NCBI RefSeq assembly: GCF_009914755.1
Contig: NC_060926.1
DNA from: the human T2T-CHM13v2.0 reference genome, Homo sapiens
Strand: one strand, 5' to 3'
Length of the DNA: 64,000 nucleotides
Part shown: positions 1 to 15,399 of the stretch, in pieces
How the letters are laid out: each line of letters opens with the position of its first letter
Numbering within the stretch: the first letter of the stretch is position 1
Position numbers and translations under genes: made by a program
The notes under the pieces: generated by a model
Databases searched by the model: none
What the model saw: only the letters and a program-made list of their open reading frames with translations
Told to the model about the DNA's origin: nothing

Positions 1-166
1 TGCGGAATATGTATCTTATAGAATATTTTACAAATAGTGCTTCTCTAGCTAACCAAGACAAGCAGCCACACATATGTCAGAAAAATCATCTGGCAAATGA
101 TGCCTCACATCCTGCTGGCCTCACCTTGGATTCCAGACATGGCTGCAGTAAACAGTTCTGTGCTAG

Positions 167-880
<714 letters not shown>

Positions 881-2085
881 TAAGTCAGTGCTCTTTCATC
901 TTTCCATTTGCTCTTTCATTGTTCAACTCTAATCTTGTTCCATAAAAGATTTAAGACTTGTGGGAGGGATATGAATGAGGTGTGCAGAAAGGGTGAGAAT
1001 CAGGTCACCAGCTCACAGGGGCTGAGAGCCACCAGTGCCAGTTTCAACTACAGGGTTCACCTCTAGAAGCCCGAAGGTCCGTAATTAAAATCATTCTATG
1101 TCTTAATTACTGCGGAAGAACTTATAGCCAGGAACAAACTTTAATATTCAAATAAAAATTTTTAAATAAATGAATGTTTTTAAATACCTCTTAAAAATCT
1201 AATTTCTTTTAAAAGACATAAAACTCAAAGGATACGGAAGGAAAATTACAAGAGCCAGTCAAACATGAGCACAATATAAGGTTTTAAATCAGCCAACGAA
1301 AGCATTTTAGACAATTACATGCCTTGCTGACTAGAAGAGATTATTCAACTCAGCCACTGAATATTTATTCAGCAAGTAAATTTAAATTTAACACGCCAAA
1401 AAAGCTAATACCTTTTTTCAATTTTAGAATTTGTCAAATTTTTTAAAAGAGAAAATGTCTATTTCATTTCAGGTTTACTTATAAACTAGAAACAAGATAA
1501 ATATTTGCAGAACTAAAAAAAATGCTTTGATTCTATTTTGTAGAACTTTTGGTAATCTTGGTATTATTAATATGAATAAGTACACAATTAAAACATGTAC
1601 TTGAAATGTCCAAGATCATACACTTAAAATTTTCATCCAAGTTTTTTTATTTCAAAACATTAGGAATCAACTCTGCATAAAGCAGTCCAAATTCCATTAC
1701 ACAGTTCATGCTGAGCTCTTAAAATGTTTCAAAACAATTAATATTTGAATTGAAACTCCACTTAAACTCAACTTCTGTAGAAGTTATAATAGTTTAACTC
1801 AACCGCATTAAACTCAACATACCTAGACAGCAAATTTTATTCTGTAAAATCTAACCTGGACCCAACCATCCTGTACATACCTGAAAATTACAGCCTATAG
1901 TTATTTTATTGTTATTATTCTTCCTATGTACCTCACAGAATTCCTCCATCAGAAAAGAATCAAATGGAATTTAAAATTGTATAAAATTTAAAATCAGAAA
2001 TTCAGTAACTTACTTTCAAGCTTGAAAAGTAGTAAACAAACATTATCATAAAGGAATGAAGTATGATGGTATATTGGTAAATTAC

Positions 2086-2148
2086 CATAGACAGCTGTGG
2101 TAGAAATCTTACTGGTTTCTTGGATTTTTCTTTGCTGGCCGATTTATC
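2086..2148 (-). CDS. DNAH7: DNAH7 coding exon 2 (63 nt, phase 0/0; DKSASKEKSKKPVRFLPQLSM)
   Basis: Minus strand: ttttcatacag|GATAAATCG...CTGTCTATG|gtaatt; spliced to exon 1 gives MSSEQDKSASKEKSKKPVRFLPQLSM, which I recognise as the N-terminus of dynein axonemal heavy chain 7. Confidence 0.93.
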
Positions 2149-2269
2149 CTGTATGAAAAACATGAAAAAACAAAACTGTTTACTCCGTTAATGCTAAAAT
2201 TGATTCACTCAACCAAATTTTACAGTGTTTATTGTAAGCATACATCATCCAAAATATTCTAAAACATAC

Positions 2270-3115
2270 TGTACAAATGGCATGATCTTATATACTGAAA
2301 ATCTTAAATAATTCATCAAAAAATATTAAAGCTAGTCAATGAGTTCTTGTATCCAGGTAGGTTGCAGGATACAAGATCAACACACAAACATCAAATATAT
2401 ATAGGATACGCCAGGAGGGCGATGCATCCCAATTCCACAGGGAGAGGACATGGAAGCTCCGCACCCAGGACTCTCCCAGGCCTATCCCCATGTGTCTCTC
2501 CACGTGTTTTTTCCTGATTTGTATCCCTTATAATAAAACAGTAATAATACATATTCTAAAAATCAATTGTATTTAATATAATTGTATTTAATACAAAATT
2601 GAAATTGAGACAATTCCATTTACAATTGCATGAAATAGAATAAAAGACTTAGGAATAAATTTAACAAAAGTGTAAGACCTATACAATGAAACCATAAAAC
2701 ATTATTGAAAAAAATTAAAGTTCTTGATAAATAAAAGGACAACCCATGTTCATGGATTGGGAGACTAATATTGTTAAGATGCAATACACCCTGAAAATAT
2801 TCTACAGATGGAACATAATCCCTATCAAAATCCCAGCTTCCCTTCTTGTAGAAATTAACAAATTGATCATAAAATTAACATGGAAATGTATCAAGAAGAA
2901 TCAAACAATCTTGAAAAAGAGGAACAAATTGGCAGACTCACACTTCGAGATTTTACGACTTACTACAAAACTACAGTAATAAAGACTGCATTGCTCTAGC
3001 ATAAGGATAAACAGAGATCAAGGGAATAGAATTAGGAGTTCAGAAATAAACCCAGACATTTATGGGCAATTGATTTTTCATGAGGGTTCCAAGACAATTT
3101 AATGGAGAATTGGGC
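2270..3115 (+). mobile_element. Old L1M ORF2 fragment interrupted by a MER21-like LTR piece (~2405-2550)
   Basis: Degenerate ORF2-like peptide (NIVKMQ..IFYRWNIIPIKIP) in ORF 2746-2979; the insert resembles the MER21-like element at 41050-41865. Confidence 0.75.
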
Positions 3116-3419
3116 ATATCTTCTGGAAGTCTGTCTGAATCTAATTTATTCAAAACTTACTTGGCCCCACCTCCCTTCTCTATAACTAAAACTTCAATTT
3201 TTTTTTTCCTAGAATGGTCTACTTCCTAAGGTGAATATGTATTCTGGTTTTTCCCCCCGCAAGCTGCCATAAGTAACATTTGAACCTCTTAGCAGTAACC
3301 TTAAGAGAAAGGGGCTAATCTCCTTTGCAGTAGAGAATAATTCCATGGTAGAAGTTTTGTCTAAGTGAGAGGAAGCATTTGTTGAAAATGACAATTTGAT
3401 CTATAAAGCAGATAATATG

Positions 3420-3960
3420 AGTTGTGCTTCTGGCCAGTTGTCAATTTATTGCCTCAGCTCCAAATCTGCCTTTTTTGCCCTCCTTTGGGATATGTCACAG
3501 GACATTATAACATTTCTCCTTTGACAACCAGCATATTATCATGGGTGCCAAGAAGCACTGTAAGAGGAAGAGGCTTTCTTCCTGATTCCAGTGCTTTTTC
3601 TCATAGCTCCCATGGTGTGGCTGCCAGCAGTCAGCAACCTTGTCAATCTGTGGTGTGAGGCTAACTCAGAGGCAGACACCCTCCAGCAAGTTTCGCCAGC
3701 ATCCCTGTGGGCAGCTTTCCACAAGTTTCACTTACATCACAGAGGGAGACTTCCTTGCAAACTTTCAGGATCCCAGCAGGTAGTTTTCTCCTCCTAGCCC
3801 AGACCTGCATCTCCTCAGCAAATGTTTGTCCACCCACTGGGCCACAGCCACACCTTCTCCCATGAGGTCTTAAATCTAAAGGCTTTGGGGAAGGGATGGC
3901 TCTTCTCTTCGAGCAGAGAGTCTCTGCTCTCTTAACATTCTGGTTAATATTAAACCTATG
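3420..3960. mobile_element. Old LTR-like element (ERVL/MaLR class, family uncertain)
   Basis: GC-richer block starting with LTR33-group-like sequence; by eye only. Confidence 0.35.
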
Positions 3961-3965
3961 TTTCT

Positions 3966-4284
3966 GGCTGGGCGCAGTGGCTCATGCCTGTAATCCCAGC
4001 ACTTTGGGAGGCCGAGGTGGGCGGATCACGAGGTCAGGAGATCGAAACCATCCTGGCTAACACGGTGAAACCCCGTCCGTACTAAAAATACAAAAAACAA
4101 TTAGCCGGGTGTGGTGGCAGGCGCCTGTAGTCCTAGCTACTCAGGAGGCTGAGGCAGGAGAATGGTGTGAACCCAGGAGGCAGAGCTTGCAGTGAGCCAA
4201 GATTGAGCCACTGCACTCCAGCCTGGGCAACAGAGAGAGACACTGTCTCAAAAAAAAGAAAAACAAAAACAAACAAACAAAAAA
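3966..4284 (+). mobile_element. AluY/Sc-type Alu
   Basis: Diagnostic gatcacgaggtcaggagatcga..ccatcctggctaacacgg; TSD-like aaacctatgtttc / aaactacgtttc. Confidence 0.95.
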
Positions 4285-4559
4285 ACTACGTTTCCATTCA
4301 ATAAAGAGAGATGGCTTGGAGCAGAGTATTCAAAATATCTACTTGCAGTCTGTCCATTATCCCCCAAACTCTCTTTTCCAAAATAATGAGGTTTATTTTC
4401 AATGTATATGTCCTCCATTCACAGATAATCTCTTTTCTGTCTCAGTCTAAAGATTTTCTGCTTATCTCTGGTGTTGTTTCCCTTATAGAGGCCAAGGTGG
4501 TATTTACTTTTATTTCTATCACTTGGCCTTTAATACATTTTTCAGTCAACTACTAAAGG

Positions 4560-6838
4560 ACATTGTTTTTGCTGCAGCAATTTGAAACTCTCTCTAATGT
4601 GCCTTTTGTTCTCTCCCTATTATTTTCACTAGTATGCAAACATGTTAAAATCCCATCAGAAAAAGTATCAGCCTTAATCCTATATTCCCTCTAGCAATTG
4701 CCCGATTTTTCTGCTCCCAATTTCTCCAGAATGTTCTCCAGTGAGGTATTTATTCCTTGCATACCACTCTCATCAAGAGCTCTGATTACCTCCACAATGC
4801 CAAGTCCTGTGGTAAATTCTCAGGCCTCATTTTACTCAATCTTTTAACAGTATTTTGACACAGTTGATCACTGTCTCCTTCCTGAATACTGTCTTCACTC
4901 AATTTCCAGAATGATTATATATTTTATACTCTTCCTAACTCTGTGAACACTTAAACTTTTCATTGCCAATTCATTCTCATTTTTTAAAGTTCATTTTTAA
5001 ATTTACAAATAAAAATTGTATACATTTATGGTATACAATGTGGTGTTTTGATACATGTATAAATCGTAGAATGGCTAAATCAAGCTAATTAACATATGCA
5101 TTACCCCACATACTTATTTTTTGTGGTACGAGCACTTAAAATCTACTCTAATAGCAGTTTTCAAGGATATATTTTTATGAAGTCTAGTCATCATGATGTA
5201 TAATAGATCTCTTGATCTTATTTCTCCTGTTCCTTCTCATTTTCTGATCTTCGTGTGACAGACATCCCTCAATCCTCAGGTATGTTTCCTTTCTAATTGA
5301 CCCCATCCAGCCCAAATATTTTAAATATTACCCCATATACTGGAATCTCCCAAATTTATCTCCCCCGTATTAACCTTTATCCTAAGTTCCCCACTCCTAT
5401 ATTTGATTTTTGCTCTCTCTACTCAGAGGTCAAATAGACATCTCTAACTTAATGTGTCCAAAATATTGTTTGATCAATAAACTCCCACAAACCCTACCAG
5501 AACTTCCCCATATTTTCTTAAACTCAGTAAATGGCATCACCATTAACACCATTATTTAAGCTAAAATCCCTGGTACCATCCTTGATTCCTCCCTTTTTCT
5601 CATATCACACATTTAATTCAGTAGTAAACCCTTTGAGCTTTACCTAGAACATATATCCTGGATCCAACATCTCACAATATCCATTATTACTGTAACCATG
5701 GTCTAAGGAACTGGAAAGAAAGTGGAGAGTGGAAAGAGAGATCGGGGTGGAGAAAAAGAAAGAATGGGGGATCAAGAAAGAACGGGAAGAGGAAAGGAGA
5801 CAGAATCCTTATTATATCATGTGTCCATTACATACCTGAATCTATTCTGATGTCCATTCTCTTGGATTTCCCAGTTCAGTAAACCATAAAAAATCTGTTT
5901 TATTTTTTGAAGTTTGAGTTCCATCGTACTTACTTACAATAAAAAGAGCTTCTACTCTTGGTCATCAGTCTCAGTGACTTAAAAATATACATGTGACTAA
6001 ATCTACCTAACAGCCTAGTCTCTTAGTTACTTAACCTCCTCATCTGTAACCTTCTCTTCCACTTCATCTCTGTCAATGACTTTCATGGCAACCCCTCTAA
6101 GATCTTATCACTAAATATGGCAGCTCTTGTGAAATCTTGCTTTTAAAACATTCTTTTCTCTGACCACCACATCCTTTGCTCCCAGCAAGTATGATATGAT
6201 GCCCTCCTATATTTCTTTGTTTTGACTGAGACCTCTAATATCTAAGCTCCTTCTCAGTATCCATCTGCTCCCTCATATCTTCTCTTCCTCCTTGCCCAAT
6301 TTAGATTCTACAGTCCATAGTCACAACTACACCCTATCAAATACCCTCAACTCCCTCTGGCACATACTTAACTAAACCATAATCCCATTGGAATTCAACT
6401 ACTTACCTTCTCTATGCTTGTACCCAAGTAGGTATGTATTACTGAGGAAAATCACATCTCCAGTCCTATTGGATTCACTTTAAGTGCATGATTAGTAATC
6501 TCAGACATTGAAAACTTTTGAGATTTTCTAATAAATTTGGTATCCTAAGTTTTGTAATGACCTATCTCCAGAGTTTCTCACACATCATCATTTTAGTACT
6601 TGAGAATGCCTCCATCTTCCTGTAACTAAATCTACAGACCTACTTACGATCACACCTTCATTGTTCTTCTATCCTTCATCTACAAGCAGTTGGGGACACT
6701 ATCGCCCCTACGATCACAGGCCAATCCCTCCATCTCCTTTCACTTTATTGAAGACAGTGCTTTTCTGATAATCCTCCTTCTTCCTTGAATTAGCAATGCC
6801 TCCCTTTATGCTACAGAACTCCCATCAACATTCAAATA
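4560..6838. mobile_element. Degraded L2 sequence, with an L1MA 3' end (~4985-5230, minus)
   Basis: Pyrimidine-rich L2 motifs (ttgacacagttgatcactgtctccttcctgaa; ctcagtaaatggcatcaccat); L1MA 3' UTR motif aaaattgtatacatttatggtatacaatgtg. Confidence 0.7.
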
Positions 6839-6854
6839 AAGAATGTTTATTTTT

Positions 6855-8038
<1,184 letters not shown>

Positions 8039-8066
8039 AAGAATGTTTATTTTTAAAAAGAAAGGA

Positions 8067-8406
8067 GGCCAGGCGCGGTGGCTCATGCCTGTAATCGCAG
8101 CACTTTGGGAGGCTGAGGCAGGCGGATCATAACATCAGGAATTTGAGACCAGCCTGGCCAATATGGTGAAATCCCATCTGTACCAAAAATACAAAAATTA
8201 GCTGGGCGTAGTGGCGGGTGCCTGTAGTCCCAGCTACTCAGGAGGCTGAGGCAGGAGAATGGCGTGAACCTTGGGAGGTGGAGGATGCAGTGAGCCAAGA
8301 TCGTGCCACTGCACTCCAGCCTAGGTGACAGAGTGAGACTCCGTCTCAAAATAAATAAATAAATAAATAAATAATAAATAAATAATAAATAAATAATAAA
8401 AAGAAA
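8067..8406 (+). mobile_element. Alu (AluS-type) with (TAAA)n tail
   Basis: Full dimeric Alu. Confidence 0.95.
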
Positions 8407-8509
8407 AACAAAACCTTCAATTGTGCTTTTCACTCCAATTATCACCCAATTAATTTATCTGTTTCCTGTACCAACATTGTCTGTGCAGACTATCTATATT
8501 TACTCACGT

Positions 8510-9400
8510 CTTATTCTCTTTAAAATTAGGAAATATTTCAAACATACAGAAAATAGCATCATGAACACTTATGTATCTTCAACCCAACTCTTTGCCATCC
8601 TGGAATTTTGTGTTTATCATTCCTATGCAAATTTTTACTACACTTATTACTACATATGATTGTCAAACAATCTAAGATATTGTTACTACATGATTTTAAA
8701 TTTTATATAAATGCCATCACACAATTTGTATCCTTCTGCAACATGCTTTTTAATATTACATTTTTGAAATGTATCCCCATTAATACGTTTCTCAATGATT
8801 TTCACAGCTGTATAGTACTCTGTGAGCATAGTACAATGTATCCATTCCATTCTCTAGCGAATGAACATTTAACTTATTTCCAATGTTTCTCTATTACAAA
8901 AGATGTCTCAGCGAACTCCTTGGGCATGTATTTTAGTATAAACACACACAGTTCTTAGGCATGTATCTCATATATACATACATATGTGTGTATATGTAAC
9001 ATAAATATATATGTGCATCTCTGTTTTGTCCCTTTAATTCCATTGGTTTATTATCTATAAAAAAATTTGTATTATATTGCCTAATTTACTATGATTCCTG
9101 ATAGGTCTTGATATCTGTAGGGCAATTCCCTCCACTTTACCTTTCTTAAAAATTATCGTAAACAATCTTGACCTTTTTTCTACCATGTGAAATTTAGGAT
9201 CTACACTGCATGAAATTTTTTAGGACAATGATAGAAACACATTGAATACTGACTCTTCTCTCTTTTGAACACAATGTATTTCTTTACTTATTCAGATTCT
9301 GGGAGCATATCCTTCAGAAACATTTTGTAGTAGTCTTCATAAGGGTGTCATATGTCTTTTTTAGACTTATTCTTAGGTATAAATATTTTAAATGAAAAAT
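8510..9400 (-). mobile_element. Old L1M fragments
   Basis: AT-rich L1M 3' region motifs (tccaatgtttctctattacaaa; ccatgtgaaatttaggat). Confidence 0.6.
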
Positions 9401-9482
9401 TCATCATAGGAACTCAACAACTGTTAATCCAACTGATTTATGGACAGGGAACTATGAAGATTGCATCCATTTATAATAATGT

Positions 9483-10063
9483 CTGTGATGGTTGTGCTCT
9501 GCCTCAGATCAATTCTTTACCCTCTTCTTCCTGCTCTGTGCCTGGGAGGCTGAATTCTACAGATGGACATCATCTGTGCCTTCAGTTCTCTGACTTCTAA
9601 TAGGAATTATCCAAAAAAGGCACCAGGAGGAGACTGAAGAGCAGGAGGGCAGAAAGTTTAGGATATTTGTTTCCTAGTCTTCCCTGTTCCCTGTTGTTCT
9701 GATAGTGGCTGAATTCTTCCAGACCTCAGCTCCTGTCAGGAAGCTACCATTCCAAGCGTCTAGCACTCATCAGGGTCTGAGAATAATGTTCAGTTTCAAT
9801 GACCCATCAGGCCTAGCCATGGTAATGGCATCCTACTGTCCTACTGCTGTTAATCCTTGAGTGTCTCTTCATCCCTCGTGGTTCTCTTAACCTTACCTTT
9901 CATGCTTCCAAAGGAAAACTACACTCTAAATTAGCATAAATGAAATTCTCAAGATTAGTTTTTAACCTTACCAACACCTCTACAAATGGTCTTTTTATAA
10001 ATGTTCTTCAGTTAAGTCCTTTTGAGTATGCCATCTGTTTTCTGTTGGGATCCTGACTAATAT
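9483..10063 (+). mobile_element. LTR33-like ERVL solo LTR carrying a short foreign insertion
   Basis: ctgctctgtgcctgggaggctga and 3' end gccatctgttttctgttgggatcctgactaatata match LTR33 as recalled. Confidence 0.65.
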
Positions 10064-11007
10064 AATTTTACATTCTAAAATTAAAATTGCTAAGGAGTCT
10101 GGGTCTTCCTTAAATAGTCTGGCTTTGCATTTTGTTTTTACTTCACTGATTTTCACCTACTTGACTGCTGGAAGAGATGTCATAAACCTGGGATAGCCCA
10201 AGTATTAACCCTCCTGATCAAATGACTAGAATCTATAAATGTGTCTGGTTAAATCAACAATAACCTCTCAAAATTTCATAGTACTGATTTAAATATAGTT
10301 GTCAGTTGTCACACGTTTGAGTTCTGGTTGTTAAAGTTATCACCATGCTGTTGGTCTCATATCCAACTTTTTTCATTCTTTCCCCTTTTTAAGCAATGAC
10401 ATTTCAAAAACATGATGAAGGAAAATGGAATGAGCATCACATCATATAAACACAAATTACTTGATTCCATAACTAGAAAAAGTGCTGGGGTAGAAAAAGA
10501 CTGACAGCTTTTTCCTCTTCTCTGCCCACAATCTGTAGTATATCTGTGGGGAGCTTCCTGGTCTTCGGATATTTGTGCCTTTAAACCTCTCAAAGTTTTT
10601 CAACTGATACTAAAAATGCCTTTTAAAGTTTTAACTCATTTTAAAAATGAAATGAGCAATTGCAAAAGATTTACATTTCTTCTAAATGCCTAATTTAAGA
10701 GAAAAGCCCAGACTGCTATTCCTGAAAAATTCCATGTCACTCTCAACCTTCCACTAATGAGATGAATATGTTAAAATCTCCTTCAGCAAATACGATTTTA
10801 CCACCTGCTCACTTTCTCAAACTGAATGAATATACAAGTAAATGTCACATAAAAAATGGCATTTCCAGAAGTTTAATCCATTCTGTTTGTTTTAGGTTAA
10901 AACATAAAAACTTTCATCCTTCCAAAGGAAAGCTACACTCTAAATTAGCATAAATGAAATTCTCAAGATTAGTTTTTAAATTACAAATCAACCAAAACAG
11001 TGATAGA

Positions 11008-11023
11008 GGGCCCTCTGCTGTTC
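11008..11023 (-). promoter_or_regulatory. Candidate CTCF motif
   Basis: Minus strand GAACAGCAGAGGGCCC resembles the CCAGCAGAGGGCGC consensus. Confidence 0.45.
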
Positions 11024-12465
11024 AAAAATAGTAAGTGGAAAATGGAAATCATGTCCATTCTTTTAAGATCCCGCTGCCTCTTCAATAAATCACAACCTTT
11101 CTGGAGGGGGAGTGAGAGACTAGGGTGTCATTTCCCAACATCACTTTTATAAAGATGAAGCAAAATTTAGAACTTAACGGCTGGTGGGTTTTTTGTGGAT
11201 ACTTTTTAGTTGTAGATGGGTAAGTTAGGGGAATTGTGAAAAACAGCTATTGAGAAATACCATTGGAAATGTGGTAAAAGTGTATTTTAAACTCTAACAA
11301 CGTAGGATATGGTTCAAGATCTGGCCGAAGACTAACTTGGGCAACAAGCAAAGAAGCTGCTCAATATATAATAATGGTGACAGTAACAAATGTTATTTTT
11401 TAAATCTGATTACATTAATATCATGTAGAAAAAAACTAGTAAGATCTATTAAACAATTGCTCAGTGTTTTTGGTTACTTGTATCTGAACTTTTTTTTGCT
11501 TGTCATTTACTCTTTTATTATTAATACCAATACTAATTATACTTTAGCATATGAATCAGTGTCCATTTCTTAGTTCTTAAATTATACTTATTTTTTTAAA
11601 AAGGTTCAAACCAAATTTTCTTGAGCATTTCAGGTATTAATTACTTATTTGATGAACTAACCAATCAGGATCTTCACATAGTTCTGTTAGTAACGTACAA
11701 CTCAATGGATAGGAGACTAAATCCGTTTTAATACTGTTTCCACAATAAATTCTAACACTACCGAAAAAAGCATTATAAAGCAATAAAAAAGAAATAATTA
11801 CCGTTTAATATTGTTTAAAAGCTAAATGAAATTTTCAGGCTTAAAAACAACTGTTTTTCTTCCAGGAGGTTTATAGAGTCCTTTTCCTTATTCATCACTA
11901 CGTAGAAAGCTAGAGTTATTTTCTAGCTAGCCAGAATAATGACCACGTTTAATATCTTCCCATTCTGTGCTGATATTAAGACGACTGACCATTGTTCTGC
12001 CTTTCTGTTAGTTGCTCTTAAGTTCAATAAAGAAAGAATTCTTAGAAGAAAAAGGAGAGAAAGACAGAAAGGAAAAAAACGAGAAAAAAAGAGAAAGAAA
12101 AGCAGCTATTGCAAAGTGCATCTTTTATCACATACCATGGAATATCATCTTAAGAAGTGCCATATGTCACTTACCAAGGCCTTTCATGTATAGTATAATA
12201 TTGTATAGTTATGGTATGGCATGGTATCTAATTTGAAATTGACAACAACCTCAAAAAGAAGAAAAGTTGTTCTGATGTTTCCCCCGCTCTGCATAAGAGG
12301 TGGGAGAACTAAGGCTTACAAAGACTAAGAGATTTGTCCAAAGTCACATGGCTAGGAGTTGGCTTCGATTCCCACCTTAGAACCCAAACCCGCTGCAACT
12401 CCTCGCAGAGCCGCCTCTCACCCAAGCACACCGCCATTAGCACTCTGGGGGTGCTCTGGGCTGTG

Positions 12466-12497
12466 GCTCCCCCTGCTGGCGCGCCGCTAGGCGGCTA
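12466..12497. promoter_or_regulatory. Back-to-back candidate CTCF motifs
   Basis: CCAGCAGGGGGAGC on minus (12466-12479) and CCGCTAGGCGGC on plus (12484-12495). Confidence 0.55.
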
Positions 12498-12503
12498 GGT
12501 TTG

Positions 12504-12517
12504 GTTGTTATGACGAC
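12504..12517. promoter_or_regulatory. RFX X-box (intron 1)
   Basis: GTTGTTATGACGAC versus consensus GTTGCCATGGCAAC. Confidence 0.6.
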
Positions 12518-12720
12518 CAAGGGCAAACAGCTGGGAAGGGAACTTATAAGGGCATTCACGGAAAGCGCTCAGTAACCCAGGCCACAAGTGGGGTGAAGGA
12601 AGCTGTACACCGCGGAGTCACAGCTGGGGAGTTCGCTAGGCAGGAGGGGCTTCCACCACTTCCGAAACGCCTGGGAAGCGTCGCGGCGGCGGCGAGCCTG
12701 GCAAAGAGCAGCCCTCTCAC

Positions 12721-12735
12721 CTGCTCACTGCTCAT
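12721..12735 (-). CDS. DNAH7: DNAH7 coding exon 1 (MSSEQ)
   Basis: Minus strand gcagccATGAGCAGTGAGCAG|gtgaga: Kozak-like context, canonical donor, phase 0 matching exon 2. Confidence 0.93.
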
Positions 12736-12879
12736 GGCTGCGAGGACGCGCTGGCCTCACCGGTGCTTCTGGGTTGCTCCTGCCCGCGGAACCCCTAGGA
12801 CGATAGAGGCAGGGCCCCGGGACTTGCAGCGGTCTCAGCTCCCTCCGCACCAGAGCCGTCTAGCGTCCGGGCAGCGTTT

Positions 12880-12892
12880 GTTGCTAAGCAAC
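12880..12892. promoter_or_regulatory. RFX X-box in proximal promoter
   Basis: Near-palindromic GTTGCTAAGCAAC 145 bp upstream of the ATG; RFX factors are established regulators of ciliary genes. Confidence 0.8.
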
Positions 12893-13839
12893 GGGCCCGC
12901 GCAGGTTCCATTTCCGGTCATCTGTTCCTTCTGGGGCTGGACCCGGAAGCTGGCGCGCGGTCCCGCAAGAGGAGCTTTCTGGGGCGCTGCTGCCAGTGTT
13001 GTGAGGTCTAAGGTGTGCGTTGAATAACCAAAGACACTGGGTGGGTCTCCTCCAATATCCTCTGATTACTGAAGTAGATCCTCACACTTCCGCACCCTCC
13101 TTCTAAATAAGCCGGATGCCCAGGACTGCTGCCTTAACCCCTCAGAGGTCTCGGAGAAACACTGGAATGAAATGATTACAGATTTCATTGCTAATGTGGG
13201 CGAGTGGAGTAATGCGAGGCAGGATCCAGTAAACACCTTTCATTATTCATGTGCTTCCAACCCCTGTGCTGTTGACTCTTCCCACACTCCAGAAAACTAT
13301 CCTTTGGAAGAATACCAGTAAAGGAACCTTCCAACAATTCTTGAAACCAACATTCACAGATGGTTTACTACATGAAAAGTGGTGTGCTAAGCACAAATGT
13401 GACCAAGACATCCATTCGCCACAGGCTGGGGGGTGTCCAAGCCAAGCACTTACCGTGTAGTGGAGACGGTGCTAAGAATGGCAGTCCTCAGTGAGAACAT
13501 AAAGCACCAACTAATTTTCTCATGGAGGGTATGGAAGGGATGTGGAAGCTGAAATGTGAAGGAAGAAGAAATGCCAGGCAAAGAATGCCGGGCAAAAAGC
13601 AGGTCACATACAAAGGCCTGAGACAAGAGAGCATAGCTATTGGAAGCAGTGAAAATGGTTCTGAGAGGTCGATGAGTAGGTTTGGATAAAGGGGATTGGA
13701 GCCAGTCTAGAGAAGAAGCTGAGGTGATAAGCAGGTGATATATCTTAAAGGACCCTATAAAAGGGCAGGAGTTTGGATGTCAAAAGCAACTGACCTCCAC
13801 TGAAAAGTTTTATGCTAAGAAATGGCAGAATTCCATCCT

Positions 13840-15350
<1,511 letters not shown>

Positions 15351-15399
15351 TAGAAATTTGTTTTAAATATCCTTAAAGTAAGAGGAGGAAAACTGAAAC

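Larger units (their letters stand above)
12390..13110. promoter_or_regulatory. DNAH7: CpG island / DNAH7 promoter and first exon
   Basis: Only CpG-dense non-repeat stretch in the window; contains the start codon, X-boxes and ETS motifs (ttccgg ~12912, ccggaag ~12942). Confidence 0.9.

Noticed and set aside
8083-8445. Many 60-150 aa ORFs with [22 protein letters not shown] motifs throughout the window
   Set aside because: Translations of Alu sequence, not genes
10357-10593. Minus-strand ORF as an extra DNAH7 exon
   Set aside because: Exons 1 and 2 already join to give the recognised N-terminus; I found no convincing splice pair or protein similarity
11690-11735. Weak tRNA A-box-like string (ctcaatggatagg)
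   Set aside because: No B-box, acceptor stem or cloverleaf
12593-13027. 144-aa plus-strand ORF across the CpG island
   Set aside because: GTG start, antisense to DNAH7 exon 1, no recognisable domain; long ORFs are expected in GC-rich DNA
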